A DNA stretch of 64,000 bases, taken from contig NC_135250.1 of assembly GCF_964204865.1 (NCBI RefSeq), positions 26,412,001 to 26,476,000 of the forward strand, written 5' to 3'. Below the pieces are notes generated by a model, which saw only the letters and a program-made list of their open reading frames with translations, searched no databases and had not been told where the DNA came from. The stretch comes from Styela clava. Taxonomy: Eukaryota. This document shows positions 12,621-24,500 of the stretch, piece by piece. A program made the translations under genes and the position numbers. Positions within the stretch are counted from its first letter, which is position 1; each line of letters begins with the position of its first letter.

Positions 12621-15549
12621 AAAGAATCTGGGTAAAAATTGTATTTAACATTTCCATTTAATTATATTCATAATTAATTAAGCAACCACAAATTAAAACA
12701 ATATTGTGAATCTTTTCCACTCTTCTGTGATAGTCGAAACCATCTAGTATAAGTGTTGAAATTAGGAGGAGTCGTTGGTCGTTTACTAGAGCAATAAATT
12801 GAAATATATTGTGATGTTATATATATATAAACATATATACAGTATATGTATATATATGTCATATTAATAAAGTAAGGTTGTAGTTAAACTCAAAAACAAA
12901 TAATTGTAACCTTTTTAAATCTTTCTGTCATGGCAGAAATGATCTTATATAAATGTTCGAAATAAAGGCAACAACGTGGCCCTCTATTATTCATTACTAC
13001 ATCTAGTGAGTAAAATTTGAATTCATGTAGAGTCAAGACTACGTCAAATATTGAATCAATACAATTTGAATCTTCATTTTGACCTATTCTGAACTTTTTG
13101 TCGTTCTATTTTGATGATCCACGATTTGTTTGCTTTCTGTATATGGGAAAAAAATTATATTTTCACTTTTAATACATGGGGTCCAAATTGCTATGTGACT
13201 TTCAGTACATACTATTTAGGATTTATCATTAAAAATTCATATCAATCATTGGTCTGTGCTCCGTTTGACAAAATATCAATATAAGGTACACGGTATAGTT
13301 TTAAATATAGCAAATTATACAAGTAATTAGCAATATAATTAGCAAATATAGCATGTGAATACAAAATATTAGGTTAACGGCCATCATTGCCATGTTACTT
13401 GTTTTGCTATACCTAAGAAAATGTCGTTTCACTAAGTCGATTAACCAAAAATATATACTGCAATGTTAAACATATATTTATGTATCATAAAGATATCATA
13501 GGAAAAGACACGAAGTCACGTGAAAAGCATTACGGAATAAGAAAATACATATATTGAGATGATTTCCCCATCAAACAATAAATCTTTTTTTTTTTTCAAA
13601 AACTGATGAGAAGGACGTAACATATATTATATATATACATATAAAATCAGACTGATTTATCATCAAGTTTTATTTTAAACAGCACATTCATGCATTGCCA
13701 CAAGATAAAATGATTTGTCGGTCGGTCGATTAGTTTCTAAATCTTATTAAGCTTTTCTATGGCTCGTTATAACTCCGATACTGACAACTATTATGTATAT
13801 ACGAATATAATAACATTTTATGGTATTCTTATGTCCCTTAATGTCAAAAATTATGAACTACCAATCGCTATATAGCTGCTACACTTGTTATATCATTGAT
13901 ACGTAAATGCTACATTTAATATTTTCTAACGAGAATCTAATATTTGATCTCAAGGGCTTCAATCCAAAAATGCAAAACTTGAAAAAATATATTGGAACAA
14001 TGGGGAAAATATATATTTATAATTTTTAACCATTTCTAAGTCTTCATTAAAATACTACGACGAATATGTGACAAAACGTTTCTTCGCCCCCTTTGTCTTG
14101 AACCTCTCTATCCATCACAACTGAGATAAAAACGATAATTCCGCAAAGTGCAATATTTCATAATTAACTGGGGAATGAAGAGAAAAATTCTGCCTTCATA
14201 AGTCTTTAGTGAGCAGTAAAAGTGTAAATATGGAATCAATTGACAAAAATGTTGGTGTGTTTCGTTACAACTGTGCATTCCGTATTGCAGGTACAGTGAG
14301 CAAATTTTGAGGTCTGAAATCACAAATGCTCAACGAATCGTAATTTCAGCATCAAATAAATTAGGCGATAAATATTCGATTTTTAAAATTCTGATGAAAT
14401 AAAACTTGCTGGATAGTCGTTTTAATCCCAGATGGACAAGGTACAGTGGGCCAAAAAAATGGATAAGACATTTGCCGGATCGCGTGTAATGTTCTGTCAT
14501 TTTACTTGGCTAACTGATCAATTATTGCGTAAATAGATTTTCGTATATCTGCTAGTGTGATCATTTCATAAATCTACCATTTTAACACAAATTGATGACA
14601 CATATGTTCTGACTACCTGACTGCCAATCCGCGTTATCCTGGCGGAAATTGTTACTCCGATATATTTACACTACTAAATCTTTATTTGCCCATGCTTGAT
14701 TCGATTCTAATAAAACTTCGATTTGAAAAAAAAATAAGCGACAATAGCGTATACGCATTTTCCGGTGTACTTGGTAATACATTCTGTTCATTTAATAGTA
14801 TATGTAACCCAGAGAGTGAACTATATGTGAATAGGTGGAAATAAGAGAATTTAACTCAGATTTAAAGCTACAAATAATAAGGCGCATGGAACGTCAGAAA
14901 AGAGTCACAAGTTAAATAAATCAGGATTGTGAAATCAGATTTGTCAGTTTTTCTAAATTTTGTTTTGGTCGGTCTGATGATTCTTTTCAGCAAGGTATTC
15001 AAAGTTGGAGTATTAACAATTTTTAGAGTTTAATTTCACATGATAAATTAATGGACACATTGTGGTGGGGCATTTCTGCTGCTTTAAATGTATTGATAAC
15101 AGGTTAGACTCATAATTGAGATTTTTGAATCGCATAGATGAATTCAGCACAATCTCGCTCTGCGATTATTACCTTGCTAAGAAGATATAATCTTATTAGA
15201 CGGGAAACGGTTTTAAATCTTGCAGTATTGCTTATCATGTCAGTAAAACGGTCTAATGAGTTCTCTCCGTATATTTTGAAAACAATTTATGATCGTTGTT
15301 TAATTTAGGATTTACCGAACTATAAAATTTTATGATCAAACTCATTTTTGTACATATTCAGCTACCTTTGACAAAATCACAAAGATGACCACAGCAGAGA
15401 AGAGCATTGTATGTGTGCCTTCATCCTATCTTATCAAAAATCAAATTTATTTTTTGCTATGCTAAATGCATTATTAGGTCGTTGTAGATTGACGTTGATA
15501 TGTTCCTACTATGAACATTTAAGATAGAAACATTTTGTGGAAATACAAG

Positions 15550-18500
15550 ATGAACTTGAGAGTTTTGGCAATATTGTTATACGCGATCACGCATGTTTCT
15601 TCAGGTCAAGGTACGTATTTTATTTTAATTATTTTTGTAACACTGATAACACTGATAAGAGGAATACTTCTACTACTTGATGGCAAATTTCGAAAAAATT
15701 GTCGGTCATTTATAAAAATTGCTCATTCGAGCGTATGAGTCGTCACATAAACATTTCCTCCGCGAATACCAGAAACTAGTATCCGAATCTAAACTACGTG
15801 TTGCGTTAGGATCATATTTTGATATGAGTTGCAGAGCCAACATTGAGTGTAATCACACTTTTGATTTGTTTTCAATCTTAAATGTTTATACTGGTGCTAG
15901 TTCCAATTATCAAAATTAAAAAAAAGAATTGTTTCATCTGCCATGGTGATTTTGTGATTATTTTGAGTAATTTTCCAATATTTATTGTTTTCTGTTCTTA
16001 TAACGTGAGTAAATAACTCCGATTAAAAAATGTTAGTATTTGTGATATATTGTTTTTGGCGCCAGAGAAGTGTGTGTACCAATATGGAGATAACTAACTT
16101 TGTTTGCCTACTTAACATCAAGTTGTGTAAAAGGCTAAAATCCATGGGCATGAGGTATAATCACCTAGCTAACACAGACAGTCCCGAACAGTCCGGGAAA
16201 ATCAAAATAAAATTTTGGCCTAACCCTAACCTGGTACACACACTACAAGAGTACCGTTTTCTTTAACATTTTAAGCACAGTCATTGGAATGGATAGTTTA
16301 GTTACAATCATTCTCGACACCTAAAAATATATTTGAAATGTTTTCCTTGGCATTAAGAGATAGAGTGATCTAAAACTTTGAACTCAGAGATAATTTCACA
16401 AAATGATTATAGATTCTTGCTTGACCACAAGTCAAAATTATTGACTTGTTGACGTTTCGTTTGAACAAAGCAGAACTTTATCAGACAGCCATATGTCAAT
16501 TATCATAGCAAAGCAAGACAAAACATTATTTATCGTTCCAACAAAACCAAATGAATTGAAAGAGCGATTTGAACATCAGTCGCAAATAGCAAGATAACAA
16601 TACTTCAAAAACTTTCTTTGTTATTTTAATTCGTACGCGACAATTTCTACATATATGTTGTAATTTTGCAAGTCACTTCCCCAATAATAGACATAAATGA
16701 ATAGATGTTTTCTTGAACATTACTTTCTATTTATAGAACCGTGGAGAAGCGAATGTATTGATGGATTCAAACTTCTATTTTTCCACGAAACGAAAAATTA
16801 CACTGAAGCAAAATCAGCTTGTGAATCTGCGGGAAGTTATCTCGTCAAAGTTGATAATCAAAAAATAACTGACGTGATAAATGATGTACTCAGGTGAGTT
16901 GCATTCACCGTTTACGAGAACAAAACATTTTATTTTTATAGTCAATTAATTCTTCTCCTCAATAGTGCTATTTTTCATGTATTTTGGACTAAATCGGATC
17001 GGTGGATATATTCCAAAATACCGATATATTTGCTATATAGGACACGTTTTCATTTTAACGTGAGGTAGTTACATAGGATTTGAATGAGCCGTGATATGAT
17101 AACGCACATGCAAAACATTGATAAGAATAAGCTCCACTGTTTTATGTGGATATATTCTGCCAATTATTCAGAAAACTTGTGCTCTCTTATAGGTATTGCA
17201 GGAGCTTTCAGGCCATATATTCCATCTTCGTGCCTTGTTCACGTGCACGATGTTAACTCAAATCATATTTAAATTCCAAGCTATAGTTGGTCAATTTGCG
17301 TTTACACTTATTTTTCGTGTAATAATTATTTTAATTTCAACCTATTCAGAAACAATCTATTCAGCGAAACATTTTTCACGGGAGGGAACGACATAGCTAA
17401 TGAAGGTGACTGGAAATGGCAGGACGATACTGACGTAATAAGGAGAGGAGAGGAAGGATATCAAAACTGGTTAGCTATCAACATATTCTCAAAGCTTTTT
17501 GAACTTCCATGCCAAATAAAATTATGGAGTAAAAAAATTGATATCAAAATACAAAAAATCTCTTAGCCAATTATTGGCAACCTCATTGTAGCTATGTGCA
17601 ACAAAACTTTGAGTTGTCAGTTCATCTTTTCTTTTTTTGATGCAGGGGGGCTACAGAACCAAACGCGGAAAATGAGGATTGTTTGGTTGTTGTTCAGGAT
17701 GATTTTGTTTGGAGAGATTATAAGTGCGAGGAAAAACGTAATTTTATTTGCCAAAAAGGTGATGAAATAGATCAGATGTCGTAGCTCCCTCATAAATCTT
17801 GTCGAATTTCACAAAAACAAATAATTTTATAACGAAAATATCTGGTTTTGTAGCACTAAAATAAAGTTATGATTCCCCAATATATAATATACACGATAAT
17901 TCATGTTTAGCATCAAATCATAATACAGAAGCTTTATATTATTTCTGCAAAACAACTAATAAGCCATAAGTACAGTAAAATTTATATACGAACCTCATGT
18001 ACCCTAGTATATGTTTTAGTTTGAAATATACCACCAGTTTTTAATATGAAAAGTCATCACCTCCTTGAATTGATAGTTCTATCAAATATATCAAGGGTGG
18101 CCAACCTGCTTTCGACCGCGATCGACTAAGTTCTTCAAATTAGCTCTCGTTCGACTAATCGGTAATAAAGGCATAAACAAAAATGTATGAATACTGGATA
18201 CGCAGATAACCGCACACACGCATACAAAAATTCCACAGCTTCCAATAAGCTCGGATCTGCCGGCGCATTCTCAGAGAAATTGCAACAAAAATTTCCCCTT
18301 TTAATTTTTTCATATTCCATTGAATTTGTTAATTTGATTATTTAATTGTACCCGGAGTAAATGTTTCATCATTTATTTTAAATTTATTCAAATCCTACAA
18401 TTCAGATCTAGGGCCTGTCTACTTTTTAGTCGTAAGTGTTTTCAATTCCAAAATAAACCTTGAAAAGTATCCATGTATTATCTAAAAAGCGAATAATGAA

Positions 18501-21500
18501 CATTTTCGAACCATAAATGTTACATGACTGCTTAAACTTCATTATCTAATTTACAATTAATTTAAATGTGATTCTGTGCTCGCTTGCAATTAGAAAAAAA
18601 GGGCATTCTGTTGCCACTGCTACCGTTTCGAATTAAATTTATCACACTACTCTTGGAGTGAGACAATAACTTTCGCACAGTGCAGAAATTATTGTAGAAT
18701 CGTTTGTCAAGGCACACAATATTCCGCAAGTTTATTTCTAAAACTTGGCAGTAGTGAAACTTTTGTTACGTGATATTATACTCCATTGGACTTGTCCATA
18801 CCCAATCAGGGTACTGCATGTGTATATCGTATTTTGCGCATGTACAGTACCATATTCTTCCTGTTTTAAAACACACAACAGGCACTGTATGAAACCGGTT
18901 CAAGGCAATTTTTTGGGGTATGTTATTAAATTTATTCAACGTCAGACGCGATCGACTACTCGAGACGTGGCGATCGACCGGTCGATCGCGATCAACGTGT
19001 TGGCCACTCATGAAATATATAAACCGACGGCCGCGGTGAAGGTACCTAGTGAGTGAGTTGATTTAAAATGCTACCCAAAAAAGAATTTTATGCAATATTC
19101 ATTGTTGGTATTTTTAGGTTATTTATATGGTCGTCATGCACGTGGTATAACTTCAATAAAATCTAATCTTTGATGTACAATATCATTAAAAACAGAGTTC
19201 CAGGGTCCTTTTCTGGAAATTCAAAGTACAGGTCAAACTCAGATGACTTGTACTAAGACCATGTGTAACAAGGGTACTAATGTTGAATGGTATACGAGTT
19301 TCGTGATACCAACAGATCCTAGCAAGCGTGTTTATCAAACAAAGCAATCTGGATCAGCAATATTACATCTACAAAACGCAGATATATCAGATGCAGGAAA
19401 CTACTTCTGTTGGTCTTGGGTTAACGGTGTTAAACAAGGAGGAAACAAAATTGAATATGAAGGTAACATTGATATAAAATTGTTGGCTGTTTATTCCCGT
19501 TTTAATTGAAACTGTCTGATTGAGATCTCATATTCTAAAGCCCTATGCAAGAGACATGTTCCATCACTCGGCTACAGTAGCGATCAGCTCATACACGCAG
19601 TTTCTAGACTAGGACATTTAGTAATCCCGTTGTATAAGTACCAGGTTAGGATTAAGCAATAATTTTATTCCCATTTTCCCTGATTTAGTTCTGTTACGAG
19701 TTCGGGGACTGTCTCTGTTAACCAAGTGAATACACCCGCTGACTATAGGTTTCAGTTCCTTCACACATCCTAATGTAAAATAATCGAACAAAATTTGTTA
19801 CCACTATATTGGTATATATACTACTACATATATACTACTGGAGCGCCAAACATTTTCAATTGTCACTATTGATTAGTCGAATATAAATAATGACGTACGA
19901 AACAGAAGAGCAATACCTACATATACATATAGACACAAAATTCACGACAAAGTAGTATCTCATCTTTTACAATACCGGCAGTCTTTCTTATCAAAATACT
20001 TCCTACTTAACTGACCAACGGATCTCTGATATACGATCGTCAAATCGGCGCATGGTGCGCTCTCTTTAATTTTGTTGACGAAATCACATAAAACTTCAAG
20101 GTTAAAAAAAAAAATAATAGAGCTCATGGATAATAAAAAGTAATCGCTTTACAGCAAAAACAACATTTATTAACCCTCCAAATTTTAAAGCAATTTATCG
20201 AGTGATAAAGAAGAATGACAATTTTGTCACATAAATAGCGACAAAAAAAAAGAAGAATACAAGCAACATCCAGAATTTTTACAAAAAAAGTCCATGGGTC
20301 AACTTTGTGCTCAATGTCCACGCAGAAATCACGAAATGCGACTCATATTTTACTTTCGATGTATTCTAGGTTTGTTCTATCACAGAAAAGATTGTCAATT
20401 CCAATTAACCTTCAGACATTAAGCTTTCATTCATTTTTCAAATAGTGCATCTTCCTTTACATTCGCTAACCAACTACATTATTTTATCAGTTGAGGGAAC
20501 TCCAACAATTAACCATATTCCGAATTACACGTGCAACTCCAGTTTGTTAATCTCGTGGGAACCTCACAAAAATGCAGTTGGATTTCCTCACAAGTGAGAT
20601 TATTTTAATGGTCCAATACTTACTATCCTTGTTATTTACATTTAATCTGGATCAATTTTTGTGCTTTTTTTCGAGCAAAATATTTTGGGCTTTAGTTTCA
20701 GTATTGTCATAATCAAAGTCGCGACTTGAGATTACCTAACAAAATTATATGTGAAAGCGATTGCGTATAAAATTATATACGGGATATTCAGATTTTTCCT
20801 CTTTTAATTTCGCTTTTAACAGTTATTTCTAATGAGCAATGTAAACATGAATATGCGTATTTTAGGATGCGTCATTGAAGTTTTTTCATAGTTTGGTCAG
20901 GTAATACTGTTTTTGTTTGTAGTTATATGTGAATGTATAACATTCGAAATAAGACTTTGATTTCCGGGTTACGATGAAGTTTTATAGTCTGATACCTTTA
21001 TTGTTTCGTATTATTTTGCAGCATTTCATAAGAAATTTACAGCAATTTAACAAAATTTTTCTTTGATAAAATCAGAGGCGTAAGAATTGATTAGAAAAAA
21101 TATAGCTGAAGCGTTCAAGCATTCTTGCCGATACCTTCCGACTCTTATTAAATGAGTGGTAATTAAGGTTGAAAAATTGTTTTGAAGCGAGGGACACCCT
21201 AGATCCGTAAAATAGCAAGTAATTGCTCGTTCGGACTATATCAGAAAAACGATAGTTTTTGAATAACTTATAATAATGTTCACTGTGTTCAATTTCGTGC
21301 TACTCTTTGATTTTTTTTTTTTTTAGAATTTCAACAAGATCATGGATTAATAAAGTAAAAACAAAATGGGTCACACCACTGAAACCCCAGCCACAGTCGA
21401 CATTGATAAATAATTTAGATTCCGATACAACATATAAACTACGTGTAAGAAATATTTATTTTGACCCTAAAAATAGCCGACCGAATTAGACTAGATTCGA

Positions 21501-24500
21501 CAATAACAAGTAAAAAATGACTCAACATATTTCCACAAATGTTGCACCGTGTGGTACAATGCAATTGGAAGTTGGCAGATAACCAAAGTGGCAAATTTTT
21601 TTGAAATACTAGAATTTGGGCCAAAACGGTTATTCTCAGAAAGCCCGCGGAGAAATATGAAAAAAAAACGTAAAAGCAATTGGATGTTGATGGACATTTT
21701 CATTTTCAACAACTAAAATATTTAAATTTTGATTTTTTTGATCTCAACAAAATAGTAATCCATAATTCCATATGTATCAAATCAGAAAATAAAATGTTTT
21801 TTGAAGTAAAAAAAATGATTTCGATATTTTACTCTAGAATATTATAATTTATGCACTAGGCAAAGTGTTAAAAAAGATTAATAATTTTTTTCAGATTAGA
21901 GCATGCTTATCAAAATTTGTGTGTCCAGAAATGATCAATAATCGTTTGCTTGCACGAACAATCGTAAAACCAGGAGGAAAAGCTTTAAGCGTAAAGTCAG
22001 CTTTCATTAAACAAAGTGAGGAAAATGAAACCTGCGTTATATCATGGGATATAGTTAATGAAGAAAGCATGGAATTGTATACAGTGGTAAGTCAATAATT
22101 CACCTCTATTGTTTATTTACTCTCTGTTTCGGTGCAACAAACGATTTATTTGTACATTAATACCCATATTCTAACATAGTTCAAAAATCAGCTTACGCTA
22201 AATTCAAAAATGTGTAAAGTGTAATTGTGAGGTATAAACGGAATCCACGTTAAACCTAGGTGTAAAAAATTGGTGATTTCAAATCATAATAATATCAATA
22301 CTCTTAAGAAATGCAGTACGACGCAATTATGACTAACCTTATTTTGAGGGATAAGTAATGAAATTTCAAAACAGATCTAAAATAAGATTATTTTGCAACA
22401 TATTGCTGAGGCATGAAATATGAAAATTTGCGAATTGAAAAATTATTAAGTATCTAAATTCTATGTAAAATGTAAAACAAAATATTATATAAGATTTTTT
22501 GTTCCATTAAAAATAACAAAAAAATAATTCTATCGAATATACAAATCTGTATGTGATACATCGATCATACTTCAGGAATTGGTTTTGAATTCCATTCTGG
22601 TCACAACGCGGTCTTCTGAAATACAAAATGTAGACTCAAACATATTAAATATGACATCAGCAACAGAGTATCAGTTTCAACCAAAGCCAAATCGGGAATA
22701 CTTTGCGTCCGTGGCAATCTTCAGTTGCGCCGGATCCAGTAAATCTTTGCGAGTGCATGGTGCATGTAGAGGAAGTTCGAAAGGTAAATAAAGTCGTTGT
22801 CGATTTCTATCTCTATTTCTGTGAATATGACTGTGTTTAGCGTATTGAATATACATTGAGTGTCTTATGATAGTCTTCTCGTGGAACTGCTATATAATAT
22901 TTCGATACCACGCAAAAATTCATTGTAATTTATAGCAAGAACCAGAAGTATTACCAGCAATCATAGTTAATTTCTATAAAAATGTAAATTAAGTTTATCT
23001 AGTTTTGTAAACGTACATTTAACTGGCAATCAAGTATATTACCATCCCAATATAATAAATAAAATATTTAAATATTTATTTGATGATAATTTTAGGCATT
23101 CCCGTAGCATGTGAACCAAGATGGCGGACACCTGAACATAGTATGTGTACCAGGTTAAGGTTTGGTCATAATTTTATTCCAATTTTCCTCATTTTAATTC
23201 TATAACGAGTTCGGGGCCCAGCCAAGTGACTCCCGTAGTAATTGTACCTGAAATTATGGTCTAACCATAACCTGGTACACAAACTAAGTTCCGGTGGCCG
23301 CCATCTTGGTTCACATACTACGGAAGTACCTAGTTTTCTATACAATATAGCCCCTTGTATTATTTATATTTATTCTCCTTGAACAAATTCTAGTCTTGGC
23401 AATTATTCACTTTCAGCTCCAACAATGGTTCATCCTCCTAAAATTGTTGGAGATTCAGGGATCAGCAAGAGTGGCGAAATAAATATTACGATACAAATGC
23501 CTTATGAAAGTAATGGTCTTATTAGGTGAGATCGAAAGTTTATCAAACAAAACAGCAATTCTCGAATATATGAAAACGAAGGTCACGAATCTCATACCCG
23601 TACGATAAGATCTGAGAGTATTGATTTTGCTGAAAAGAAATTGTCGTACACGCGTGACAGATTCAGAAAATATCGAATTTTCCAGTAAATCAAAATTAAA
23701 TAGCAAAACTTTGGTTGAAAAAATTGTCTTTTATATGACTGATAGCTTTTTGTTTGTTAACATAGAAATGGTACAACACAATTTACATGTAAAACACAAT
23801 GTTTTTTGCCTCCTCAATTATTTCAATCACTGATATTTTGTAGAAACAGCGCATTGCAGATCCGTTATGTTATCACATAGTCTAACCAAATTATCCCAAT
23901 CAGCCATTTTGGCCAGGATATCAGATTTTCGAGTTCTTGTATTCTGATGTTTCAGGTCATGTGATATACGACTATAAATTGCCAAATATCTTGAACTTTG
24001 ATTTTAATTGGGCCAACAAATTGGATTTGATATACTTTACTTTGCAGTTGCATATTCGTAAATGTTGACATGGACGTCTCTGAAACAAGCACTGAATTTA
24101 CAATGGATGATTTGATTACCTTCAACAGCACAGCGGATGGGGAAAAATACATCGCACTGGCAATTGAGGTTGCGAGGTAAATTTAAATGCAAAAATATTG
24201 CCACTTGATAGTCAACCATTTTACTTACCTGAGTTATTCATTCTTTTTAATGAAAAATTTCAATTTGATATCGGCAAATTGTGTCACAAATATTCATGAT
24301 GCCATTCTGAATTTATGTCTTTCAGTCACTACTTCGATTCCTATTCGATTTAAATTCATATCAGTGGCGCGCAATATGTTATATTTAAGTATATTCAGAA
24401 TTGCTTATCTTGTTCAGTAATAGAAAATTGGAACTTGGAATTCTTGAATTCCAACTTGAATTTTGTTTCCAGACAAATTAAAATTTTGACTCTAATGACT

